From: Eledone cirrhosa
Lineage: Eukaryota
Length of the DNA: 64,000 nt
Direction: 5' to 3'
Assembly (NCBI GenBank): GCA_964016885.1
Contig: OZ024763.1
Location: forward strand, 20,584,001-20,648,000
The notes under the pieces were generated by a model. The model worked only from the letters and a program-made list of their open reading frames with translations. It was not told the origin of the DNA and made no database searches. This document shows, piece by piece, positions 13,100 through 26,527 of this stretch. Position 1 is the first letter of the stretch. Each line of letters begins with the position of its first letter. The position numbers and the translations under genes were made by a program.

Positions 13100-13976
13100 T
13101 TTTGTTTTAGTCTCATTCATTCTCAGCCCCACACTCATCGACACAGTCTCAACCTCCCGCATCAAATCCTCTGCCTCCTTCACTGTATTTGTCACCAAAA
13201 CTATGTCGTCGGCAAATTCAGCATCCGATACCTTTTTCGCCCCAACTCTCCTGCTCTGAGCCGGTGCTACAGTAAAGCCAGAGTCCTGGTGTTTCTCCAG
13301 TGCAAGGCGCATACAATAGTCCACTACGATGATAAAAAGGTAGGGAGCCAATGTATCTCCCTACCTAATGTTGAGAAGCCAGAGGGGATCACTAATGTAG
13401 GCGGGAAGCCGTTGGAATTGGTTGAGGACTTCCTGTATTTGGGAGCAAAGATTGGGAATACGGAAGATGATGTGGTTGAGAGCAAGAGCAAGGCCTGGGC
13501 GGCGTGTCACAGCTTGGGATCGGTGTGGAAGTCGGACCTTCGTAGAGACCTGAAGGTCCGCCTCTTCATTGCTGTGTGGGTCTGAGACTTGGACACTGAC
13601 CAAGAGACTCACTCAGATGGTGGATGGGTCCTACACGAGAATGCTGAGGATGGCTCTGAACATTAATCAGTATACACTGAGGATGAAAAACTTAGAGCTG
13701 TATGGGAGCATCCCAAAAGTCATCTCAAAAGTGACACAAAGGAGACTGAGGTTAGCTGGACATGCTCACCGACATCCAGAGTTGACATTGCACTCAGTGC
13801 TCCTGCGGGAGCCCCTACATGGACACACTAGAAGAGGAAGACCAAGGTTAACATATGTTGATGCCCTAAGGACAGACACTGGTCTGTTGGAGATGCAGGA
13901 TATGGCAGCGATAATGAGGGACAGAGACCGCTGGAGAGAACTCGTCCATGGATCTCGGGAATTTTACCCGCCTTAG
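13100..13976 (+). mobile_element. 5'-truncated RTE-like LINE with 5' inversion (13100-13363 inverted)
   Basis: Minus part encodes GDTLAPYLFIIVVDY...EFADDI...MNETKTKY. Plus part encodes VEDFLYLG...GSETWTLT...RRLRLAGH...RGRPRLTY...W, with frameshifts. Confidence 0.85.
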
Positions 13977-14002
13977 ATAGATAGATATATATATATAATA
14001 TA

Positions 14003-14395
14003 CGAGGGTAATCCCAAAAGTAAGGTCTCCAAAGCAATGGGAACGCAGAGAAACTGTTCGTACAGCTGTTGGCAACACTGTTGTGATTGGTGCTTCCTTC
14101 ACTCCCAAATAAGCATGCGTGCGCTTTGCTGAGATGTTCAATCTTGGCTTGGCAGCCGTTGAGAATGGAGCTCCCGTTGAACGGTACCGCCAAGTGCGAA
14201 TTTCGCGCAGTTATTATATAGAGGGTAATCACAAAAGTAAGGTCTCCTTCCGAGGAAAACATGCGTAAAGATCGGCGGATCATTCCGGATGCTCTCTGCA
14301 TTTTGGTTCCTGAGGTTTCCCGAAGCACCATCCACAGGATTTTAACGGAAAAGTTGCAATATCGGAAGGAGACCTTACTTTTGGGATTGCCCTCG
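14003..14395 (+). mobile_element. Internally deleted mariner element with an extra internal left TIR
   Basis: TA|CGAGGGTAATCCCAAAAGTAAGGTCTCC ... GGAGACCTTACTTTTGGGATTGCCCTCG|TA. Third TIR at 14221-14247. Transposase pieces MELPLNGTAKCEFRAVI and DRRII...VSRSTIHRILTEKLQYRK. Confidence 0.85.
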
Positions 14396-14411
14396 TATAT
14401 ATATATATATA

Positions 14412-16310
14412 TCATCATCATCATCATCATCAACGTTTAACGTCCGTGTTCCACGCTTGCATGGGTTTGGACGGGGGTAGTCCCACTTGAGGCAAGAGTG
14501 ATTGTCTTGCTCGCATAGGACTGTCTGGCAGGTTTTCTACAGTTAGATGCCCTTCCTAACACCAACCACATTTACAGTGTGGGTCTGGGAGGTTTTTACC
14601 GTGTTGCCTACACGGCCACATTACAGCGTGGACTGTGTGTTTTTTTGTCGTGACACCTACACGATCTCATTTGTTTCGGCCTGGATGGCGCGGCACCAAC
14701 ATAACTTTACATAGAACGGGGTGGTGTGGATGGGGTGGGGGTGGTGGCGGGACGGGGTGTAGTTTGTTAGAGATGCCTACTGGCAAGGCGGGTCTTCTCT
14801 GTTACTGAGTACCGCCAAAGGTCATGGTCCAGTGACATTGTCTTGGAGAGGTGTAAGTGTGTGAGGTCGGAGTTTATCAGCTCATCCCATGTTTTTCTAG
14901 GTCTGCCTATTCCGTGGCTACCGTCTATCTTTATTGCCCTGCACTTTGTAATACAGCTATCGACTTTCATGCGCATCACGTGTCCATACCAACGCAGCCT
15001 TCTCTCGAGTAAACAACATCTGATCCCTCTTATCTCTAATTTTTTCCTTAGTTCGTTTATGCTTTGCCGTTCACGTATATTACTGTTACACATCCAGCGG
15101 AGCATGCAAGCTTCGTTCCTCTCTAGTCTGCGTATATCCTCTGCACACAATGCCCAGGTCTCACTACCATGCAACATTGCTGTTCATATGCAGGCATCGT
15201 ACAACCTGCCTTTCATTTTTAGGGAGAACCCTTTAGCAGCTAATAGTGGTATAAGCTCTCTGAACTTTTTCCAACCAGTTCTGACTCTAGCTACAGTACT
15301 TTCAGAGCACCCTCCCCCACTGCTGATTTTATCGCCCAGGTAACGGAAGCTGTCCACTATTTCTATAGAACCCTCTGCGCAATTGAAAGAGCTAGTATTT
15401 TGTGGGCACTTGCTGCTACTTATTGCACCAGAACACCGGCCACATGTAAAGTCTATGTTCTTAGTTAGCTTACCTGTGATCCCACTACATCTTTTATGCA
15501 CCCATACTTTGCATTTAGGACATAAGATGGAGTTTCTACCTACGCCTTTCCTACATACCGAGCACGACCATTTCCCAGAAGGGACCGCCGCCTTGTTTTC
15601 TTTCCTACAAACTAGAACTTTGGTCTTAGCCAGGTTAATTTTAAGTCCTTTTGACTCTAGGCCGTGCTTCCATGTTTGGAATTTCTTCTCTAGCTCGGCC
15701 ATTGATTCCGCTATGAGTGTCAGGTCGTCTGCGTATAGGAGTTCCCATGGGCAGCCTGTCTTGAACTCCTCTGTTATAGCCTGAAGGGCAATAATAAATA
15801 GTAGGGGGCTGAGAACAGAGCCCTGATGGACGCCAACTTTTACGCTAAACTCTTCACTATATTCGTTGTTAATTCTAACCTTGCTGACTGTTTCTTTATA
15901 CATGGCTTGTATAGCCCTCACAAGCCATTCGTCAACGCCTAGTTTTCTAAGAGCCCACCAGATAATGGAGCGGGGGACTCTGTCGAAGGCTTTCTCCAGG
16001 TCGACAAAAGCTAAGTAGAGGGGTTTACCTTTAGCTAGGTACTTCTCCTGTAGTTGTCGTACTATGAAAAGAGCGTCTGTGGTGCTTTTGCCTGACACAA
16101 ACCCGAACTGCATTTCATCTAGATCAATTCTCTCTCTGATTAGTTGCGCTATTACTTTTTCCGTGACCTTCATGACCTGGTCGATTAATTTAATGCCTCT
16201 ATAGTTACTCCTATCTAGGGCGTCTCCTTTACCCTTATAACAGTTAACGATGATGCTGCTATGCCAGTCCTTCGGAACAACCCCATTCTGTACGACTTGG
16301 TTAACTATGC
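14412..16310 (-). mobile_element. 5'-truncated RTE-like LINE (RT + PHD-type Cys finger), copy A, with (GAT)n tail
   Basis: ORF 15184-16173: QFGF...FVDLEKAFD...GVHQGSVLSPLLF...LYADDL...CSVC..C..C..WVH..C..C..C; C-terminal ORF 14767-15177; 3' UTR ends in tandem GAT. Confidence 0.9.
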
Positions 16311-16321
16311 GTTAACTATAT

Positions 16322-16355
<34 letters not shown>

Positions 16356-16409
16356 ATATATTGGTTAACTATATATCATATATATATGATATATATTGGT
16401 TAACTATAT

Positions 16410-16457
<48 letters not shown>

Positions 16458-16807
16458 ATATAAAATATATAAATATACACATGTATATAGATACACACAC
16501 GCACATACCCACAATTTATAGACACACAATGAACAACATTTCTAAACATTCGAAACATAATTTCATCACTACAACAACAACAAAAATAAATTAAATAATC
16601 AGAATAATATAAATAATAAATAAATAAAACAAACAAATAGCAAATTAAAATAGGGACGTGGGTGAGGAGGGGGATAAGGAAGGAGAGGACAACCAAAAGG
16701 TATTGAATTTGAAACAAACAAAAGACCCACACGTCTAAAGGTCAAAAAACTATAAAGATAGACCCACACATACAAAGTTCAATAAAAATAAAAGTAAAGT
16801 GACCAAC

Positions 16808-16917
16808 ACATACACATATATATACATATATAGACTCAAACATATATATATAGACTCACATACACACACATATATATATATAGACTTACATACACACACA
16901 TATATATAGACTTACAT

Positions 16918-16966
<49 letters not shown>

Positions 16967-17524
16967 TATATAGACTCACATACACACATATATATATAGA
17001 CTTACATACACACACATATATACTTACATACGCACACATATATATATAGACTTACATACACACACATATACATATATAGACTCAAACATATATATATAGA
17101 CTCACATACACACACACATATATATATAGACTTACATACACACACACATATATATAGACTTACATACACACACACATATATATAGACTTACATACACACA
17201 CATATACAGACTCAAACATATATATATAGACTCACATACACACACACATATATATATAGACTTACATACACACACACATATATATAGACTTACATACACA
17301 CACATATATATATATATACACACACACATATATATAGACTCACATACACACACACACATATATACTTACATACGCACACATATATAGACTTACATACACA
17401 CACATATATATATAGACTTACATGCACACACATATATATATAGACTTACATACACACACACATATATATATATATAATATACACATATATATAGACATGT
17501 AGATACAAATAAACATACATATGC

Positions 17525-17563
<39 letters not shown>

Positions 17564-17709
17564 TATATATATGTATAGACATGTAGATTCAAATACACAA
17601 CACATACAAACGTATATACACACACACACATATATAAACATGTAGATACAAATACTCAGATATATATAGACTGTAGTCACAAACTCACATGTATAGACAG
17701 TCACATACA

Positions 17710-17775
<66 letters not shown>

Positions 17776-17974
17776 CTCACACACATACAAACATATCCAG
17801 ATGCAAGCTCACACACACATATAGACTGAAGTCACAAACTCACATACGTAAATGACAGTCACACTAATAGACAGACACAGACATACATGCACATATACAC
17901 ACATATACGCAGATAATAGTTACACAGAGACACACATATATATATAGATAGACAGGCAGACACAGACATATCTA

Positions 17975-18009
<35 letters not shown>

Positions 18010-18017
18010 GTGTGTGT
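16808..18017. repeat. Compound (CA)/(TA) microsatellite and ~30-bp minisatellite
   Basis: Repeats of GACTTACATACACACACATATATATA. Confidence 0.9.
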
Positions 18018-18934
18018 GTGTCGTCGGCAAATTCAGCATCTGATATCTTTTTCGCCTTAACTCTCCTGCTCTGAGCCGGTGCTACAGTAAAGCCAGAGTC
18101 CTGGTGTTTCTCTAGTGCAAGGCGCATACAATAGTCCACTATGATGATAAAAAGGTAGGGAGCCAATGTATCTCCCTGGAGCAAGACATAGTTTTGGTGA
18201 CAAATACAGTGAAGGAGGCAGAGGATTTGATGCAGGAGGTTGAGACTGTGTCGATGAGTGTGGGGCTGAGAATGAATGAGACTAAAACAAAATATCTGGT
18301 AGAGAATGTTGAGAAGCCAGAGGGGATCACTAATGTAGGCGGGAAGCCGCTTGAATTGGTTGAGGACTTCCTGTATTTGGGAGCAAAGATTGGGAATACG
18401 GAAGATGATGTGGTTGAGAGCAAGAGCAAAGCCTGGGTGGTGTGCCACAGCTTGAGATCGGTGTGGAAGTCGGACCTTCGTAAAGACCTGAAAATCCGCC
18501 TCTTCATTGCTATAGTGGAGTCTGTGCTGCTGTATGGGTCTGAGACTTGGACACTGACCAAGAAACTCACTCAGATGGTGGATGGGTGCTACACGAGAAT
18601 GCTGAGGATGGCTCTGAACATTAATCAGTATACACTGAGGATGAAAAACTCAGAGCTGTAAGGGAGCCTCCCAAAAGTCATCTCAAAAGTGACACAGAGG
18701 AGACTGAGGTTGGCTGGACATGCTCACCGACATCCAGAGTTGACATTGCACTCAGTGCTCCTGCGGGAGCCCCTACATGGACACACTGGAAGAGGAAGAC
18801 CAAGGTTAACATATGTTGATGCCCTAAGGACAGACACTGGTCTGTTGGAGAGGCAGGACATGGCAGCGATAATGAGGGACAGAGACCGCTGGAGAGAACT
18901 CGTCCATGGATCTCGGGAATTTTACCCACCCTAG
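18018..18934 (+). mobile_element. Second copy of the 13.1-kb RTE-like LINE, also 5'-inverted (18018-18184 inverted)
   Basis: Minus part LQGDTLAPYLF...EFADD; plus ORFs 18194-18661 and 18689-18934 nearly identical to 13364-13976. Confidence 0.85.
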
Positions 18935-19044
18935 AAATATATATATATATATATAGTTTAATAAATGAACAGAGAACAAAAAACAGAGACAGTACAAATG
19001 ATATTGTTTTTAGTTTCATGCTTGAGAGTGGGGGTGGGGATATT

Positions 19045-19830
19045 ATCATCATCATCATCACCGTTTTACGTCTGTTCTTCCACGCTAGCATGGGTTAGAC
19101 GGGTTGTCCTGTTGTGGGCAGTGTCTGGTCGGCTGACCATGCCTTGCTCATGCAGGAACTGATTTGGCTTGATTTCTACAGCTGGATGCTCTTCCTAACA
19201 CCAACCTCATTTACAGTGAGTGCTGGGTGCTTTTTCGTGGCGTGGCGCCTACACGTTTACAGTGTGGGCTGGGTGCTTTTTGCCGTGGCACCTCCACGAC
19301 CACCTTGCAGTGGGAGGGTGTGGGGGCATATTGTTTATATGCTTCAGCTTGTACCCATGGGAGGTCGGGTACTCTGTATTACTGCGTGACGCCAGAGGTC
19401 ACGGTCGTGTGTCATCGCCTTTGAGAAGTGTAATTGGGTAAGGTCGGCTTTTATCACCTCATCCCAGGTCATCTTGGGTCTCCCCACACCGCGGTTTCCA
19501 TCGACTTCTAGTGCTCTGCACCTTTTTATGCAGCTGTCATCCTTCATACGGATCACATATCCATACCAACGCAACCGCCTCTCCTGCACACAACATTTGA
19601 TTCCTCTTATGCTCAGTCTCTCTCTCAATTCATTTATGCTTTGCCGTTCGCATATATTACTATTACACATCCATCAGAGCATGCAGGCTTCGTTTCTCTC
19701 TAATCTACGTAAGTCTTCCACCTTCAGCGCCCAGGTCTCACTACCATGTAACATTACTGTTCAGATACACGCATCATACAGTCTGCCTTTCATTCTGAGG
19801 GAGAAGCCTTTTGCAGCTAGCAGTGGTAGC
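19045..19830 (-). mobile_element. 3' fragment of an RTE-like LINE related to copies A/B
   Basis: LPLLAAKGFSLRMKGRLYDACI...ERRLRWYG...GRPKMTW, plus 3' UTR and GAT tail. Confidence 0.85.
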
Positions 19831-20181
19831 ATATATATATATATAGTATGGTTGCTTGGATGCCTCCATAGGTGGTATGCCGGTTGAGCACTCTGTATAT
19901 GTGTGGGTGTATACATGTCAGGCGACGGGCAAGCCACAGAATGGCAAGGCAGTTCATAACACCTCGACGACATAGCAGTAATTTCTGGCGACAGAATTAA
20001 GGAGAGTGACAACTCACGCCTGAACGGAAATGGTCAGTGGGCAGTTTTGAATGGTCAAACACACAGATGACGTCTCGAACTATTAATCAATCGACGGGCC
20101 GCACAAACAGGATGATGGCAGATGATAGAAATTCGAAGGGTTGGAGTCCAACAAAAGGAGGACTTGCTTCGAAACCACTAG

Positions 20182-20274
20182 ACGTATCTGAGGAACTTGC
20201 GAATCCAGAGTCAGGTTCTATCCACAAACAGATCACACCTCAAGCTGTTCGCCGGAGAAACAATTGTAATACGT
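20182..20274 (+). ncRNA. Type-I hammerhead ribozyme motif with ~62-nt extended domain II, in a TA-flanked ~470-bp element (19847-20315)
   Basis: ACGTAT-CTGAGGA-[62 nt]-GAAAC-AATT-GTA-ATACGT-AATAAA; 6-bp stem I, palindromic stem/loop III, GUA site; base of stem II is mismatched. Confidence 0.65.
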
Positions 20275-20467
20275 AATAAATTGTGTTCCAATGCATCACT
20301 GATTCTCGTTTTGCATATTATATATATATATTGTAACTCTATGGTGCAAAGCATGGTGCCCAATTCTGTCAATCCACCACCATTTGACAGTTCAAAATGT
20401 TAACTCTGTTGATATCAAACCATTCCTGGTTCTGTGATACAACGCAATAATTAATAATTATAATAAT

Positions 20468-22623
20468 GATGATGGTGTACTTGCCATCACTGACGCTGAT
20501 AAGAAGGTAGCTTGGAAGTGTCACTACGAAAGGCTACTAAATGAGGAGAATAATTGGGAGAAAGACAGTCTCCCCCACATCGACCCAATAGCAGTGCAAG
20601 TTGAAGGTAGTATAATAAGTAAGGCGATCAAAGACGGGCAAGGCGGCCAGGCCTTCGGAAATAGTTGCCGAAATGCTGAAAGCATCTGGAACGGTGAGAC
20701 ACACTGTGGTCACCCAGATAGTAAACCAAGTCATACAGAATGGGGTCGTTCCGAAGGACTGGTGCAGCAGCATCATCATTAACTGCTACAAGGGTAAAGG
20801 TGATGCCCTAGATAGGAGTAACTATAGAGGCATTAAATTAATTGACCAGGTCATGAAGGTCACAGAAAAAGTAATAGCGCAACTAATCAGAGAGCGAATT
20901 GATCTAGACGAAATGCAGTTCGGGTTTGTGTCAGGTAAAAGTACAACAGACGCTCTTTTCATTGTACGACAACTACAGAAGTACCTAGCTAAAAGTAAAC
21001 CCCTATACTTAGCTTTTGTTGACTTGGAGAAAGCCTTTGACAGAGTACCCCGCTCGATTATCTGGTGGGCCCTTAGAAAACTAGGTGTTGATGAATGGCT
21101 TGTGAGAGCTATACAAGCCATGTATAAAGAAACAGTCAGCAAAGTTAGAATTAACAACAAATATAGTGAAGAGTTTAGCGTAAAAGTTGGTGTTCATCAG
21201 GGCTCCGTCCTTAGCCCCCTACTATTTATTATTGCCCTTCAGGCTATAACAGAGGAGTTCAAGACCGGCTGCCCATGGGAACTCCTATATGCAGATGATC
21301 TAACACTCATAGCTAAATCAATGGCTGAACTAGAGAAGGAATTCCAAACATGGAAGCATGGCCTAGAATCAAAAGGCCTTAAAGTTAACTTGTCTAAGAC
21401 TTAAGTTCTAGTTTGTAGGAAGGAAAATAGGGCACCGGTCCCATCTGGGAAATGGCCATGCTCAGTGTGTAGGAAAGGAGTAGGTAGAAACTCCATTTTA
21501 TGTCCCAAATGCAAAGTATGGGTACATAAAAGATGTAGTGGGATCACAGGTAAGCTAACTAAGAATATAGATTTTATATGTGACTGGTGCTCTGGTGCAA
21601 TAAGTAGCAGCAAGTGCCCACAGAATACTAACTCATTCCATTGCACAGATGGTTCTATAGAAATAGTGGACAGCTTCAGTTACCTGGGTGACAAAATCAG
21701 CAGTGGGGGAGGGTGCTCTGAAAGTACAGTAGCTAGAGTCAGAATGGGATGGAAAAAGTTCAGAGAGCTTATACCACTATTAGCCGCTAAAGGGTTCTCT
21801 CTAAAAATGAAAGGCAGGCTGTATGATGCCTGCATACGAACAGCAATGTTACATGGCAGTGAGACCTGGGCATTGTGTGCAGAGGATATACGCAGACTGG
21901 AGAGAAACGAAGCTTGCATGCTCCGCTGGATGTGTAATAGTAATATACGTGAACGGTAAAGCATAAATGAACTAAGGGAGAAATTAGAAATAAGAGGGAT
22001 CAGATGTTTACTCGAGAGAAGACTACATTGGTATGGTCACGTGATGCGCATGAAAGATGACAGCTGTATAAAAAAGTGCAGGGCAATAAAAATAGACGGT
22101 AGCCACGGAGTAGGCAGACCCAGAAAAACCTGGGACGACTTGATAAATTCCGACCTCACACACTTACACCTCTCCAAGACAATGTCAGTGGACCGAGATC
22201 TTTGGCGCTACACAGTAATAGAGAAGACCCGCCTTACCTAAGTGCAAAGTGAAACCTACTACAGTCAGTAGGCACCTCTAACAAAATACACCCCCGTCCC
22301 ACTACCCCCACCCCATCCACACCACCCCTTTCAATGTAAAGTTATGTTGGTACCACAACATCCAGCCCGAAACAAATGAGGTTGTGTAGGTGTCACGACA
22401 AAAAAACACACAGTCCACGCTGTAATGTGGCCGTGTAGGTAACACGGTAAAAACCTCCCAGTCCACACTGTAAATGTGGTTGGTGTTAGGAAGGGCATCC
22501 AGCCGTAGAAAACCCGCCAGACAGTCCTATGCGAGCAAGACAACCACTCTTGCCTCAAGTGGCAAAACTCCCGTCCAAACCCATGCGAGCGTGGAAGATG
22601 GACGTTAAACGATGATGATGATG
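20468..22623 (+). mobile_element. 5'-truncated RTE-like LINE (RT + PHD-type finger), copy B, with stops and frameshifts
   Basis: ORFs 20673-21404, 21465-21959 and 22041-22241 nearly identical to copy A; 3' UTR ending GATGATGATG. Confidence 0.9.
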
Positions 22624-23029
22624 AATAAATCCCTCAAAATTCTTCATTAATTAATTGAAATAGAGTGTATTTCATTAGAAAAATGGCCATGAAAGGGTTA
22701 AATGTTTATATTAATTCAAAAACTTTCCATCATAATTTTATGTAATGACCTATACTAAATATTCTGCTATCAAACTGCCTGAAACCATTCCTGGTTCTAT
22801 ATCACCAAGCTATGTATTTTAACCCTTTAGTTACCAACCTGGCTCTCCAGTCTAAATTAAAATCTTCCAACATAATTTTATATAAGAATCATTAAATTGC
22901 TATATCTTAATAATGAAATAATTAATAATTTTAACGAATCATAACCAGTTGCTCATACTAATGTTAAGGTATCGTTCTCAAAATAAATAATATCAAAATC
23001 TCATAGATTCGATATTATGTGAGATATTA

Positions 23030-23252
23030 TAATAATAATAATAATAATGATAATAATAATGAAATTATTGTGTAAAGTGCTCAGGTGCACTACAACTCGT
23101 CAAAGGTGCATGTATAGTACATAGCATAATATACAAATGTCAGGAAAGTGAATAGTGTATGAGTCATGATATACATGTGTGTATGTGTATGGAGGGGGAA
23201 CATTAGGTGTAGTGTTGGCGAATCTCGGGAAGCATGGAGGTTTTAAAAGATG
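23030..23252 (-). mobile_element. CR1-like LINE 3' tail nested in a TTAA-MITE
   Basis: Matches the CR1 3' end at 47200-47610; (ATT)n tail; MITE sequence on both sides. Confidence 0.6.
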
Positions 23253-24007
23253 TTAGATAAAGCCTTTACCATGAAAATACAATAGTATATATAAAGTAAT
23301 GTAAATACTAAAGAGTTAAAATTCAAATTTCGCTGGAGATGGTTAAGCAAAATTTAACTATAACATTACTCTATATTTACTATTGTATTTTCACAGTAAA
23401 CACTTTAGTACGGTCAGTCGGTTATGACCGGTTAGAACAGGAGGTAAGAGAATTCTGGCCAGATACAACCAGTTTAAATGCTGAAGGGTCAATAAGCCAG
23501 AGCATGGTGGGGTCGTGAAAAAAAAATCTGAAAAATTAATAGCGAGGGAGGAGCGATTATTTGAGACCTGAGAGTGGTTGTAGGTTGGTGGAAAAAAATT
23601 TTAATAGCGGGGGAGAATTGGGGGAAGGAACAATTATTCAAGACCCAATAGTCGAAGAGGGGTGGTAGAAAATATTTTTTTAAACCCTTTAGCATTCACA
23701 TTACTCTATATTTATAATTGTATCTTCACAGTAAAGGCTTTCTCTCACAGGCTTTATCCCATAATTATCTCGCACAATATTGAATCTATGAGATTTTGAT
23801 ATTATTTATTTTGAGAACAATACCTCAACATCAGTATGAGCAACTGGTTACAGCCGGTTTGAACAAAAAGAGGTGAGAGAATTCTGGGCGGATATGGCCA
23901 GTTTAAATACTGAAGGAGGGGTTGGGGGAGGAGCAATTATTCGAGACCCGAGAGTAGTTTACTGAATTTCTAAAATAATAAGGAGAGTGCAATAAAATTT
24001 TACTTAC

Positions 24008-24136
24008 AGTCCATTTAGCTGGATGTGAAGTAGAGGAATCCATGCCGACATCATAGTCTGTTGGTTGTGCTGGAGATGTAGGAGAACTACTGCTTTCATG
24101 GCTGCTGTGAGAGCTGCTGTGTTCTTCGGCTGGAAG
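24008..24136 (-). CDS. ph: polyhomeotic exon (Ser-rich linker and start of SAM, ...HPAKWT)
   Basis: TTGTTTAG|CTT...TGGACT|GTAAGT; 129 nt, phase 0-0; joins in frame to the SAM exon (KWT|VQKV). Confidence 0.9.
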
Positions 24137-24275
24137 CTAAACAATAAACAGACGCCAATGTAGCTTTCTTTATACAATATTCAGGTATAAACATGTGTGT
24201 ATGTGTATACATATATTATATATATATATATTTTTTATACGTCTCAATCAGAGACAACATTGTATTTTCATTCAT

Positions 24276-24310
<35 letters not shown>

Positions 24311-24539
24311 TGTATATATATCATATATGTGACAATTACTTTGTGCTCAATGACTGAACTCATGCTATTTTGATGGCAAGGTGTGAGCTCAGCCGTCGGG
24401 CACTAATTTTTTACAATATATACATACATATATAATATACAGACACACACACACATATATATATACATGCATATATATATAAATATATGTATACACATAC
24501 AAACATTGTAGATACAAAAAGATGCATACGAATATAAAT

Positions 24540-24871
24540 ATCATCATCATTTTACGTCCGCTTTTCCCTGCTTGCAAGGGTGGGACGGGAACTGACTGGC
24601 TCAATTTCTACAGCTGGATGCCCTTCCTAACACCAACCTCATTTACAGTGAGTGATGGGTGCTTTTTTTCCGTGGCGCCTACACACGTCCGCTTTACAGT
24701 GGAATGATAGGGACTGGGGTCCCTATCATCTCATTTCTACAGCTGAGTAAACTGGAGCAATGTGAAATAAAGGTGTCTTGCTCAAGGAAACAACACATCA
24801 CCCGGTCTGAGACTTGAACTCACAACCTTTCGGTTGCAAGGCCAATGCTCTAACCACTAAGCCATGTGCCT

Positions 24872-24873
<2 letters not shown>
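24540..24873 (-). mobile_element. tRNA-derived SINE with central conserved domain and RTE-type tail
   Basis: A box TGGCTTAGTGG, B box-like GAGTTCAAGTC, TCCTTGAGCAAGACAC core, tail GCAAGCAGGGAAAAGCGGACGTAAAATGATG shared with the LINE at 42070-42125. Confidence 0.8.
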
Positions 24874-24929
<56 letters not shown>

Positions 24930-25190
24930 TAAAATATTAGTCTAATGATTCCATTTATACCATAAATTGTTCTCCTCACTCCACATCACAGCGTAATTAT
25001 CCCTGCTTTTATTCCTCCGTTCATTGCCAGAGAATGTCTTCACAAACCAAAGTATCGTCTTCCTGTTTTCCTTTGGTTGCAACGTTTTTCAAAATATTTA
25101 CTTCTGAGTCCACAGATTGATTTTTTTTTAGTTTCAGAAGATCCCGTTAAGGGTGAAAACAGTGATTCTTTGCTTAAACTTTAATCTGTT

Positions 25191-25235
<45 letters not shown>

Positions 25236-25959
25236 AGTCTGTTGGTGAAAATGGAAGCAGCAATAACTGTCAAATAGAAAGTACTAAATATAAAACCTCA
25301 GTAGAATGACAATGTTTATCATTTTCAATTCTCCCTTCGCTTATCGGTGCCATCCAGTACCGGACTCCAAAACTATGGTTCCATTGAGAGATGGGTTCAG
25401 CGCAGCCAACTGGCCTGTCCCTCCTCATAATGGTGTCATCCAGTACTGGGCCCCAGACCTATGGTTCTGCTGTGAGATGGGTTCGGCATAGGCAACTGTC
25501 CTGTCCTGTCCTTTACCATAACGGTGCCATCTAGTTCCACACTGTAAATGTGGTTGGTGTTAGGAAGGGCATCCAGCTGTAAAATATCTGGTCAAATTTT
25601 ACAGTCCATGTCAGAGCAAGGTACGGCATAACCAACCCCAAAACTATGGTTCCACTGTCAGATGGGTTTGGTGCGGCCAGACTTGTCTCCCAATGTGAAC
25701 GACCCGTCTAACCCATGCAAGCATAGAAAAATGGATGCTAAACGATGATGATGATGATGATTTACATTTATAGATGGATTGAGCTGTTTTGTTTAATACT
25801 CATAGCAATGTTGACTTATAATGAAGCAAAAAATAAAGATGGTATGAATCCAATTGAGAAAGTAGTCGGATTAGATGTAGACATAGCTGAGTGGTTGAGG
25901 AGTTCTCTTCCCCATACAAACATAGGTTCGATAATTTACCTCTCTGGTACCACATCCTT

Positions 25960-26305
25960 CCTTTGTTATCATCCTATTTGTGACTTTATGAGACTAACTT
26001 TCTTGGAATCTGTTTTTACCATCACTGCCCAGGTCTTCTTGTTCTTCCTCTTAAATGGCTTCCATCCACTTGGAACTCTCCCAGCACTTCTTCACCAAAC
26101 GGTCATCATCTGTACACATTACATGGCCATACAAGCGCAACCTTCTCTCCAGAGCAACTAATATCTGGTTCCTTGTATGCCCAGTTTTTCTCATTTCAGT
26201 CGTACTTTGCTGTCCATGCACATTCACATCACGCACCCAACAAGGAACGCTCGATTCATTTCTCTCTAGCCTTTGCATACCCTTGGCCTTCACTCTAAAA
26301 GTCTA
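25960..26305 (-). mobile_element. Degenerate RTE-like LINE C-terminal fragment
   Basis: RLERNE...W...ERRLRLYGHVM motif in ORF 26051-26293. Confidence 0.65.
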
Positions 26306-26527
26306 ACATCTGCTCAGTCTAGTGCTTATCTCAGTTTCTGTGGCATGAAACAACTGAGAGGACAAGACTCCTCTCTGGACAGGAAATAGTTTCATTCTGG
26401 GTGATGAACAGCCTTCAGGAACGAATTATGTTTGTGAACTGAGGTTCCATTGTATTTCTATGGAATCTTTCCTGGATTGGATAAACATTTTTTCACTGGT
26501 GTTCTTAACCTTCAGCGTACTCTAGGC

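Noticed and set aside
25130-25175. CAGAAGA-TCCC-GTTAA-GGGT-GAAA possible hammerhead remnant
   Set aside because: Core is mutated and stems I and III are not recoverable.
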